Shown here: positions 20,650 to 29,916 of the stretch, in pieces | How the letters are laid out: the number at the start of each line of letters is the position of its first letter | Position numbering within the stretch: the first letter of the stretch is position 1 | From: Chrysochromulina tobinii | Taxonomy: Eukaryota | Length of the DNA stretch: 38,239 bases | NCBI GenBank assembly: GCA_001275005.1 | Contig: JWZX01003097.1 | Coordinates: 1-38,239, forward strand | Direction of reading: 5' to 3' | The notes under the pieces: generated by a model | Database searches by the model: none | The model's input: the letters and a program-made list of their open reading frames with translations, nothing else | What the model was told of the DNA's origin: nothing | Translations under genes and position numbers: made by a program

Positions 20650-23032
20650 ATGCTGGAGGTTGTGATGAGGGATAAAACGGAGCCTTTGTTGCCAGCCTGC
20701 GCAGCGGACCAACACCGGTCCGACCATCACGATGCGCAGCAGTACTGGCGCCACGCGCTCGCTGCCTTTGCTTTTGTGTCGGCGTTGTTGTTGGTTGTCG
20801 GTGTGCCACGCAGCCATGCCGAGTCCGGGAATGGTCAGCTGGTGGATGGTCGAGCTCTTATGGCGTGGACGCTGCTCGATCCAGATCCTAGTGCGCTTCT
20901 TTGGAAGCTGCGACAAACGCGCCGGCAGCTGCTCTCTCCGAAGGCGCTCTCCAAAGCGCCCATCGCTGATCACGAGGTGCTCATGGGATACCTTACCGTA
21001 CCATTGGATTATGATGAGGACTCGCCGGCAAACAAGATTACACTCAAGCTACGCGTGACCGCAGTGCTAGCCTGTGGGCGCTCAGAAATGTGCCCGACAC
21101 TGCTGTATCACTGTGGAGGCCCCGGAAGCACGGACAGCTGCGCCTTTTTCCAGGACGGCTACGACGGCACCTATAACGCCATCGGCATCCAGCAACGTGG
21201 CGTGTTCGATGATGGCCGGGTGTATGCGAGCGGCGTCGAGAGCGTCAGCGTGCCCACCAACCCAGATGGGCAGCCCTTTTTCAACGACTGCCCGTCGGGC
21301 GAGCACAAGACGCCGGAACCTTCGGCTGGCAAGAGGTACACGCTGGGGGACTTGACAAGTTGCGCCTGCTGGCTTCCGGACGAGTCGTACTACGCGTCGG
21401 GCGGCGTGGATCCCGAACCGATCTCGGACCCGGCAGATGAGGCTGATGTGCAGAGATGGTTTGAGTTCTCGCGCGCTCGGAATCGTCGCTGCTACCACCA
21501 CGAGTACTTTCAGATGCGCAGCCCCGATGGATCGAGCTTCAACTTTCTGGACTACGCCGGTACCCTGCTCCTCTGGATTGCCTCATGATGACCTCATGAT
21601 GACCTCTTGATGACCTCTTGATGACCTCTTGATGGCCTGATGAGCACATCGGTACCCTGCTCCTCTGGGTTGCATCATGATGGCCTCGCGAGTGCCACTG
21701 AGTGCCACTGAGTGCCACTGAGTGCCACTGAGTGCCACTGAGTGCCACTGAGTGCCGCTGAGTGCCGCTGAGTGCCACTGAGTGCCACTGAGTGCCACTG
21801 AGTGACGCGGGCTGCCTCCCTCAACAGGCACGCAGCTTCTCTCACGAGATCTCGAGAGGCTACGCCTCGCTGTTGGCGCGCGCGTGCTCAACATCGACGG
21901 AGCCTCGTATGGGACGGGCGTCGGCTCTGCCTATGCGGCCGCGTTCCCTTCTACGACGGGGCGGCTGCTGCTCAACGGCAATGCAGTCGTCCGACCAAGC
22001 ACACGCGACTATTACGTCGGCTACGCGCACGCGACGCGCCATCTGCTCTTCAAACTCGAGAGCATATGCGAGGAGATGGCCACCGAGCCGGGCGGCAACC
22101 ACTCGTTCGTGCTGCATGCGAGGGGCGTGACTGGCCGTTACGAGCTGCCCTGTGGGCTGGATGGCGACGATTCCGTCGGGGATCTGATGACCAAAGCCGC
22201 GAGCGGCGCGTTCACAGCGCGCACTCAGCACGGCGAGCCGTTCACACTGCGAGCGCCCATGCTGTACAGCTACATCGTGGACGAGATCCAAGGGAGCAAG
22301 GCAGAGGACTCGATGCCGTGGCGCACCACCATCGGCGTGCTCTCGATGCTCAGCAGCAAGGAGGGCCCCGAGTGGCCGCGGCTCGCCACCGAGCGGGTGC
22401 TCGATCGAATCTGCACTGGGTGGTATGAGTACGGCCTGTATAAGCAGGCGTACACCCCGGCTCTCCCCGAGGCGGCGGTCAACTCTCTGGACTACGAAGG
22501 ACGATACTCAATCGCGGGGGCGATGGACCTCTACCATCAGCTCAAGCGCAACTACGGGCCGATTGAGGTCGCCGTCGCCAATCTCAATGGCTTCGACATG
22601 CTCACATGGCCTGCCAAGCCCGTGCCTCCAAATTTTGGTTGGCGCGCTGGGGTGCGGGCACTCGTGGTCAACTCGCTGTACGACGGCTCCACGCCGTATC
22701 TCGACGCGCGCTGGATGCGCTTCTCGCTGCCTGACGCCACCTTCCTCACATGGCAGGGCGTAGGCCACTGCGTCGGTTCTGCGGACTATGATCAAGAGGG
22801 CGTGCAAGCGTGCCTTAAGAAGATGCGGCATTACATGAAGACGGGCGAGCTGCCAGTCGACGGCGACGTCTGCCGCAACTCGCACGAGGTCGTCCAACTC
22901 GCGCACGTGCGACAGCGAGAGCGCGAGATCAAGGCCCGAGCGGCGCGCGAGGAGGCCAGTCAGTCTGTCAGTTCGTTCGCGGCCCTACCTGCGCGCGGGA
23001 ACAAGGAGACCGGGCTCCCTAGTTTCCCCTGA
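20650..23032 (+). CDS. Membrane-anchored alpha/beta hydrolase (TAP-like peptidase), 2 exons: ~20650-21559 and 21828-23032
   Basis: LTVPLDY, HCGGPG, IQQRG; splicing yields DYAGTQLLSRDLERLRLAVG...GASYGT (nucleophile), YDGSTPY (Asp) and GVGHC (His). Start could be 20650 or 20665. Confidence 0.88.
21560..21827 (+). repeat. GT-AG intron filled with tandem repeats (ATGACCTCTTG units; GAGTGCCACT x~11)
   Basis: GT at 21560, AG at 21826-21827; removal restores the hydrolase frame; 10-bp array at ~21690-21804. Confidence 0.88.
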
Positions 23033-23117
23033 GAACGAGCAGGCGTATCTATAAGGGCGTCGCGGATCTCGTGTGGGGCGAGCCGCACTGCAAACTTGAC
23101 GTGACTGTATTGTTTCA

Positions 23118-23669
23118 GTGTTCGGAGGAGAAGCGGTCGCGGGGGGCGGGGCCCTGGTGTGGCGGTCCTCGGGGCCGTATCGGGCGGCGGTGCTCGAGCA
23201 GGAGGACAACGAGTCCGAGAACGTGCGCCATGTTGGCAGCTCCGCGCCCGCCGGTGAGGAGTCTCCGCCGGCTGCAGAGTCACTCATCAAGAAGTTGACT
23301 CCCGAGCTGTTGGAGCTCGTCATCGAGTCCGCGATGCCTGGTCAAGGTCCGCTGGTGCCTGCGATGCACGAGCCGCCGCCGACCACGCTGGCACCGCCCG
23401 ACGCCTTCCGCGTCTTCGTGCATGTGCGCCCGCTCGAATTCGGGAATGGCTCCCTTGGCGGGGCTTGCAGCGAGCATGCCCTCCAAACAATGAAGCGTGA
23501 ACACATTCCTTCTCCGCGTAAAATCCCCTCCCAAGCCGGCGGGGGCTCGCGCCGGCCGGTCCGACTTCTCTCGAGCGGTGAAAACGGGGTGGAGTGTGCA
23601 GTGTGTCAAAGCCGCGCTCCGCGCGCCGTACCAGGCGCTCACACAACACACACTCGGGTAGCTCACTGA
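23118..23669 (+). CDS. Hypothetical ORF or gene fragment
   Basis: Coding-like composition (LIKKLTPELLELVIE) but no ATG at the listed start and no recognised domain. Confidence 0.3.
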   Translation: MFGGEAVAGGGALVWRSSGPYRAAVLEQEDNESENVRHVGSSAPAGEESPPAAESLIKKLTPELLELVIESAMPGQGPLVPAMHEPPPTTLAPPDAFRVFVHVRPLEFGNGSLGGACSEHALQTMKREHIPSPRKIPSQAGGGSRRPVRLLSSGENGVECAVCQSRAPRAVPGAHTTHTRVAH

Positions 23670-23693
23670 GCTCTTCCTCACTAGAAAAGTTTG

Positions 23694-23980
23694 CTTTTGG
23701 TGACCGGACCATACCTATACACGCACGCACCCTAGGGCCTCACTTGGAGAGCCCGAACGAGATGGGCGTATACTACGGTACAGTACAGTCTCGAGTCTGC
23801 AGTGGTGCACACTAACTAGACCCCCCTTAGTAAGAGAGAACCCACACCTCGAACCCCGCTTTTCCGACGGGGGGTGGGTTGGGAGGTTTCGTTTTCTTTG
23901 CTGTGTGGCGGTGTTGGTCGTCGCGGCCGCCCCCGTAGAGCGGGGTGGTCCCACTCTCCCCCTGTGGGGAAGGGTGGTGA
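23694..23980. repeat. Dispersed non-coding repeat, copy 1
   Basis: Shares blocks CTTTTGGTGACCGGACCA, CTATACACGCACGCA.CCTAGGGC, GATGGGCG, CTTAGTAAGA, AACCCCGCTTT..GACGGGGGGTGGGTTGGGA.GTTTCGTT and GGCCGCCCC with 29298-29690. Confidence 0.85.
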
Positions 23981-24763
23981 CGTTATTGGTTGTTTGCTTT
24001 GTTTTGCTTTGTTTTGAGAGTTGCGAGCCTGATTATAGTCAAGGCGACTCTCTGTAGAGGGGGTATTGATGGACTATCAAGTCAAATCAAAGATTGCATG
24101 GTGTCAATCAGAATTCCTCAAAATTCATCAAGGAAAAGACTTCGCGAAGTTTTTGTCGATTCACGAAGACGTCGTCGGCTCGAGAACAGGCCACCTGGGC
24201 TGAGCTCGGGCGTGCGCTGGCTGAGGTTGTTGAGGTGACAAGCGGAGTGGCGAGTGTCATAGGGAATCTGCTGGCATTCGGGCAGGCGCTTCGCGCATAG
24301 TCAGCGACTGCACGGCAAATCAAGGTGGCCGTGCAGGGCTCCGGATTCGTTTGTTGTTCGTGATTTGTCGTGCGCGCGCAGCGTGGGGAGGCCCGTCCAT
24401 GCTGCGTCTTCAAGAGGGTGCTCGAGAGAATCTTTGAAGGAGATGCTCGTCTGTCTGGTCATTCGTGATGGTGACCGCCATTCTGCGGGAGTTGGGTTGT
24501 AGAAGGGGTGGACTCGCGGCGATCTGAGAAAGGTCTCTATCCGGATAGGACCATAAAAAACCCAAAAAGGGTTTTCTTTACGCATCGTAGTACTAGACAG
24601 ACTATGTCAGGCATTGGGCAGTCCAAGGTCAACTTTCAACTTCGGGAAGAGCGGCAGCTGGGAGGCTTACCCTACCGACGAAATTCCACTGAAACTTGAG
24701 AGTGGAAACCTAAATGCAATGTGCCTAGCCCGCCTTCAGGAGCCCAGCGGACCTTCCTTATCC

Positions 24764-25391
24764 TCAAAAGATCCGGCGCCCCATATCATCCGTCTTGTCG
24801 CCAAACTCCTTGGCCTTCTCCATAATGCGGATCTCGTCGGCACTCAGCGCCGTCTTCTTCGTGTTCTTGGTGGCGAGGACGGCCTGGCGCGCCTTCTCGG
24901 CCTCCTTGGCCGCCTCGGCCGCACTGAGACCCTTTGCCAGAGCCATCTGCTTCTTATAATCTGCTTGGATGTTGGCGCCCTTGTCTGTAAAGTATGATGC
25001 CAGCTCTCCTTGAGAGCCCGCCTTGACGGTTCCCGCCTTGAAGGAATAGCCTGTCTCCGCACTGCCGACGAGCTCTGGACGCGGTGCATACTTGTACTCT
25101 TTCATCGCCTCCCCTGAGGCACTAAGACAGCGACCACGGAACGTGAGCTGTGCACCACTGCATGGTACAGCGAGTTCGATCGCCGGAAACGCACGGGCCT
25201 CCTTTGCAGTCGACTTTTGCAATGCCATCTGAGCTGCCTTCTCCTTGCTGCGCGCGAAGGCTGGCAGCGGCGCGAGCCCCAGAGGCTGCGGCGATGGCAC
25301 CACTGAGAACGGCGCGCCGGTCGGCATGCGTCGCTTGCGGAAGCCACGCCGCAGCTGCAGGCGTGGCAAGAAGCAAGCCGAGCGTCAACAT
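24764..25391 (-). CDS. Probable plastid (thylakoid lumen)-targeted protein, 2 exons with intron 25122-25194
   Basis: Signal peptide MLTLGLLLATPAAAA|W, then RRAVL twin-arginine-like motif and Ala-rich stretch; a 73-nt GT-AG intron joins KGGP to ASGEAMKEY in frame. Confidence 0.7.
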
Positions 25392-25491
25392 TGTTCAGCG
25401 ACGAGATATGTGAGATTCGTTGGATTTTTTCGAGGAAGTTGATGAAATTCTGAGTCCCAAGAAGTCTTGGGGGTACGAGGTTTGAAAATTC

Positions 25492-25521
25492 GACTTGACT
25501 TGACTTGACTTGACTTGACTT
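25492..25521. repeat. (GACTT)6 microsatellite between divergent genes
   Basis: Direct reading. Confidence 0.9.
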
Positions 25522-25599
25522 GTATTCATATTCATTCGCGCTCGTCTTTTTGGCCGTGCAGTCCTCTCATCGACATCTGCCTCTGTCTCTTCCGATCCG

Positions 25600-26073
25600 A
25601 TGTCGATCCACATCAAGCAAACCAGTGGCACGCCGACGGAAATTGTCCTCGATGGTAACGTGCTGCCACTTTACACCTATGAACAGGTGTGCATGGACAA
25701 CAAGAAGGCGCGGCTTTTCGCCACAACGCTTCGCGCTAAAATGGGAGGCTTTGCCAAACACGTCCCTCCTCTGCCACTCTCTGGTCCGATCGACGCGACG
25801 ATCATGTGGCTTCTCCTCACACAGTGCACAATCTGCTCGTACGCGGGCTTCGATCTGACTCCGCAGTCCTTCGGCGCTCCGCACGGCTACGGCAGACTCG
25901 AGCGCGAGCAATGGGAAAATGGCTCACCTTCGATGCAGCAGCACCACGAGTACGTGCCTGGACCGCGTGATATATATCCTGCCTACGCACTCGAGACGCC
26001 GTTCGCCATTGGCGAGGCTGTGGTCAAGAAGGCGCCTTATCGTCGTCCGCTGGCGATAGCGCCTGGCATGTGA
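25600..26073 (+). CDS. Hypothetical protein (157 aa)
   Basis: ATG-initiated ORF with normal amino-acid composition; no family recognised. Confidence 0.6.
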   Translation: MSIHIKQTSGTPTEIVLDGNVLPLYTYEQVCMDNKKARLFATTLRAKMGGFAKHVPPLPLSGPIDATIMWLLLTQCTICSYAGFDLTPQSFGAPHGYGRLEREQWENGSPSMQQHHEYVPGPRDIYPAYALETPFAIGEAVVKKAPYRRPLAIAPGM

Positions 26074-26684
26074 CCGCCCACCCGTTTATAGAGATGCCCT
26101 GTGCTCTAAAGTTCGGTCCAGGGTGATTCATTTTTATGTGAAAGACTCAACCCTGCACATCTGAGACCACCATGCTGTAGACACTGGGAGTCCTGGGGTA
26201 CCCTCTCGCTAAGACTTTCTAATAGTACACTGGATACAAGAGAGACGCAGAACCCCGACTCGCGACCCTATTTATGTCGCGAGGACTCTTTCAGTATGGT
26301 GTACGATATGGGTTAGCTTGTAGTTCAGGTAAAAGGCAGAGGTGTCCCGTGTGTGTCCCGTATGTGTGTCCCGGCTCGACCATGTCACCGAGATGAAGAT
26401 GCGCCTTATCAAGGACGCGCTTACAGTACATGTATGGCGACCGAGCGGGGCTAAGCGTTAAGCGGCCCGGCCCGGCGGCTGATCGAGTATGGCTGTGATA
26501 AGGGGGTCCAGGGGTCCCCGAGCCAGTTGTAACCGCACACGTATGTTCGCCGGTCCGGTATCTTGGGTGACGAGTTATTGGATGTGACGAAAGCGCTCGA
26601 AACGAATTTGCTGTCGGACGAGCGTCGGACCAACTCGCCGTTCACGCGCACCTCCACCTCCTACCGGCGCCCTGGCTGGATTGA

Positions 26685-29228
26685 GTGATGCGCGCCGCGA
26701 CCTCAGGGAGTACTGCACGCACCCTCTGCAAGGAGGTGCAGGCATTGCAGGGTAGCACCGGAAAGCACGTGGACGGCTCCATCCTTGAACCGTTGCAGGC
26801 GCGGCCCTTCCAGGCGCTCGTTCACCTGAGCGATCCAGCGCCGCCCGACGTGAGCGCACCCGCCGCCGATGCGATCGCGGACGGCTCGTTGCGGATACTG
26901 CCTGGCTTTCACGGCGTGGCCGCGCGCTACTTCCACCTCGCGGGGGTGCCCGCGCCCGCTGGTGGCTTCACGCCACTCATGCAGCACGCGGAACTGTCGG
27001 ACGAGGCTCTGTGGGTGCCCGCGCGCCGCATGCCCGCACGCTGGGCCGATCTCTACGCGCGCGGCCGGTTGCCGCCTGCGCCGAGCGCCACGCAGGTTCG
27101 CAGCATCGACGGGCTCGTCAAGCGGCTGCGCTCGCTCGCTGACGAGCTGCGCGACGAGCGCACGTTCGGTCCTTCGGCGCCAGCAAGAGCGGGCGACTAC
27201 ACGCTGTGGGACCCGCGGCTGCCGCACAGCACGGGCGAGTCAGACAGCCTGAGCGGTGGCGCGGCCGCCCGCCAGGTTCTCTACTGCGCCTTTATGCTTG
27301 CGAACGGCAACGAGGCACTTGCGGCGGAACAACGCGAGTGCCGCCAGAGTGGACGTCACATGCGATGGGCGCCGTCGGCGCAGCGCGACAACGAGATGCG
27401 CGCCGGGTACGAGCCCTCACACCTAAGCGCCCTCGGTCGCCAGCTCTACGGCTACTCAAATGGTCCGCGGCTGCAGGCACGCGAGCGCGGGGCGGCCACG
27501 GCCGAGGCGGAGGCTCAGGAGGCGGCCGTGTGGGCGGCGGCCGAGACGACCGAGGCGGAGGCCAAGGCTGCGGCTGCCAAGGCTATCAAGGGGGGTGGAG
27601 GCAAGACCAAAAGTACGCCCGCGCCGGCGGCCGAGGCGCCGCTGGCGTTGGCGGAGGCGGCGGCCGTGGAGGTGCCCACCCTCGCGTCCGTCGCGGCGGC
27701 GGCGGCGGCCGAGGAGGCGGCGGCCGCCGAGACGGCGCGCATGCTGCTGACCGACGCCCACGTCGCGTTCTTTGCCCGCTACGGCTACGTCGTGGTCGAG
27801 GGCGCGCTGTCGCGGGCGTTGGCGGTACGCGTGGCGGCGCAGGTGCGGGCGTACATCCGCGAGCGCCACGGGCTCGATGTGGAGTCCCTGCCAGGATCTG
27901 ATCCCAGCCTCGAGATCGGCACGCAGATCTCAGAAGATATCAGCCTCGAGCGCCTCAAGCGCGCATTCTCACCCGACGGCTCGGGCATGCTCGAGATCTT
28001 CTGGCTCTCTGCCATGGAGGAGGCCCGTCAGACGCCTGCCCTCATCGCCATCACGCGCCGACTGTATGCGCACACATGGGGCGCGCCCAGCGCGCTGTTC
28101 CGTATGGCGAAAGCGCCGTCCCGCCCACGCCTCTTGTTCTACATCGACCGTACCTCGCTGCGACTGCCGCGAGCTGTCCTGGCCCCTCTGCTGAAGAGCT
28201 GCCCGTGCGCACGCTGCACTGGCGACGTGCTCATTGACGAGCTGCACCCGCAGCCGCTCGCTTCTGCTTGCGGCACCATGCGTGGTGGCGACAAGCGCAA
28301 GGGTCGCGGCGGTGGCGGTGGCTGCGGCGGCAAGAGCTGCGGCGGTGGCGGCCGGGGCGGCGCCAGCGCGCCGACAGTCGACGATCAGGACGTCTTTCAG
28401 ATCGAAGGCATCGTGGGTGCCTCCAAAGTGCACGGGGTGGGCTGGCGGTACCTGGTTCGATGGTTGGGCTATCCACCCTCTGCTGACTCGTTCGTGAGCA
28501 AGGCTGACCTGATACCCCTCGACCACGAGATGCGAACTCGGCTCGCGAAGTGCGAGGCACAGGCTAAGGCGGCGCCCTCGCTCACGTGGGTGGACGAGGC
28601 GTATTGCCCGTTTGAGAGCGTCGTGCGGTGTCAAGGCGATCGTGGCGAGGCGAGGTCGCACGCGGCGACCGAGGAGGTCAAGGAGACGGGCGACGCTCTG
28701 GTGGGCCAGCGGATCAAGGTGCATTGGCCGCTGGACGAAGCATGGTACGTGGCGGTCGTGACTGGGTACAGCCACGAGACGAAGCAGCACGAGGTGCGCT
28801 ACGTGGACGATGACGTGGTCGAGGCCCTCGATTTGGACGAGGAGGAGTGGCGTCTCGACGAGGAGGTGTGGCGTCTCGACGGGCGGGGTGCGAGCGCTCG
28901 TGGGGCGGCTAAGGCCACGAAGGAGATGGCCGAAGCTGGGAGCAAAGGCGTGACGACTGCCAGCAAAGGATCTATCAGTGGCAGCGGCGCGGCGGTGAGC
29001 ATGGCAGCGAGCGCCTCGACCAGCGAAGGAGACCCGAGCGCTGCCGAGCTGACTGCAGATTGCCCTCGAAAGCGACTGCGCCCGGCCGAGGCCATGGCCA
29101 CCCCTGTCAAGGCCCCCGGCGATGAGGAGACTGGTGCGACGCTCGAGTCGCCAGCTGCCCAGATGCCGCGGAATGCACTCAGTACGGCGCTCGTTACGAC
29201 GGCCATGCCGAGCGCCGATGCAACGTAG
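26685..29228 (+). CDS. PhyH-like 2OG-Fe(II) dioxygenase-chromodomain-Tudor protein (5' end uncertain)
   Basis: HVD...QALVHLSD...GSLRILPGFH...AGDYTLWDPRLPH...RQVLY; later HVAFFARYGYVVVEGAL; chromo FQIEGIV..RYLVRWLGY...DSF; Tudor LVGQRIKVHWPLDEAWY...HEVRY.DD..E.LDL. Confidence 0.8.
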   Translation: MMRAATSGSTARTLCKEVQALQGSTGKHVDGSILEPLQARPFQALVHLSDPAPPDVSAPAADAIADGSLRILPGFHGVAARYFHLAGVPAPAGGFTPLMQHAELSDEALWVPARRMPARWADLYARGRLPPAPSATQVRSIDGLVKRLRSLADELRDERTFGPSAPARAGDYTLWDPRLPHSTGESDSLSGGAAARQVLYCAFMLANGNEALAAEQRECRQSGRHMRWAPSAQRDNEMRAGYEPSHLSALGRQLYGYSNGPRLQARERGAATAEAEAQEAAVWAAAETTEAEAKAAAAKAIKGGGGKTKSTPAPAAEAPLALAEAAAVEVPTLASVAAAAAAEEAAAAETARMLLTDAHVAFFARYGYVVVEGALSRALAVRVAAQVRAYIRERHGLDVESLPGSDPSLEIGTQISEDISLERLKRAFSPDGSGMLEIFWLSAMEEARQTPALIAITRRLYAHTWGAPSALFRMAKAPSRPRLLFYIDRTSLRLPRAVLAPLLKSCPCARCTGDVLIDELHPQPLASACGTMRGGDKRKGRGGGGGCGGKSCGGGGRGGASAPTVDDQDVFQIEGIVGASKVHGVGWRYLVRWLGYPPSADSFVSKADLIPLDHEMRTRLAKCEAQAKAAPSLTWVDEAYCPFESVVRCQGDRGEARSHAATEEVKETGDALVGQRIKVHWPLDEAWYVAVVTGYSHETKQHEVRYVDDDVVEALDLDEEEWRLDEEVWRLDGRGASARGAAKATKEMAEAGSKGVTTASKGSISGSGAAVSMAASASTSEGDPSAAELTADCPRKRLRPAEAMATPVKAPGDEETGATLESPAAQMPRNALSTALVTTAMPSADAT

Positions 29229-29297
29229 GTGAGTACGGTCGCCAGCACTGCGGTTGCCTTCCCGAAGCGAGAGGGACCCTCGTGAGCCGTGCACCTG

Positions 29298-29690
29298 CTT
29301 TTGGTGACCGGACCACTGGAGCCACTATACACGCACGCAACCTAGGGCGGTTAGCGTCCCTCGCAGCACGCAGGTTGAAACCTCCCCACGCGATGGGCGC
29401 GTACGTCGTACACGGTGCTCGGTGCTCGGTGGTGAGCGCCATACAGCCACAGTAGCCAGTATGGTACGGTGAACGGTCTGCAAATCTTGACGCTTCACGC
29501 TAACTTGACCCCAACACTTAGTAAGAACCCCGCTTTCATGACGGGGGGTGGGTTGGGAAGTTTCGTTCTTTGTTGTGGCGGTTTTGGAACGCATCGTGCT
29601 TCGTGCTTCGTGCATCGTGGCCGCCCCGCCTTTAAAGCTCGGGGCGGCCCTCGCGCCGTTTTTCCGTTTAGCCCTTCGGGGGGAAAAGTG
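29298..29690. repeat. Dispersed non-coding repeat, copy 2
   Basis: Diverged homologue of 23694-23980 in the same orientation. Confidence 0.85.
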
Positions 29691-29754
29691 CCTAGAACTT
29701 GATCACACGGCCAAGCATCCAATAGTAATAGAGAGTTCTGGCGTGTATCAGGTA

Positions 29755-29755
<1 letters not shown>

Positions 29756-29792
<37 letters not shown>
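29756..29792. repeat. (GCAC)n microsatellite
   Basis: Direct reading. Confidence 0.9.
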
Positions 29793-29793
<1 letters not shown>

Positions 29794-29916
29794 GCTGTGT
29801 GGGAGAACCAATCTCGACGCATTTTGGGTCCTCTCCTTCTTGCTTTTTTGGTTCTATTTTCGTCTCCGCAAACGCGAAACCGAACTTCCGTAATCCTTGG
29901 ACCTTGCACGTCGCGT

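Noticed and set aside
21690..21804. Regular repeat array resembling a CRISPR
   Set aside because: 10-bp head-to-tail units with no unique spacers and no cas genes; it lies inside a spliceosomal intron.
29495..29916. Coding potential through repeat copy 2 and the (GCAC)n tract
   Set aside because: The homologous copy at 23694 is not frame-conserved and the translation is microsatellite-derived.
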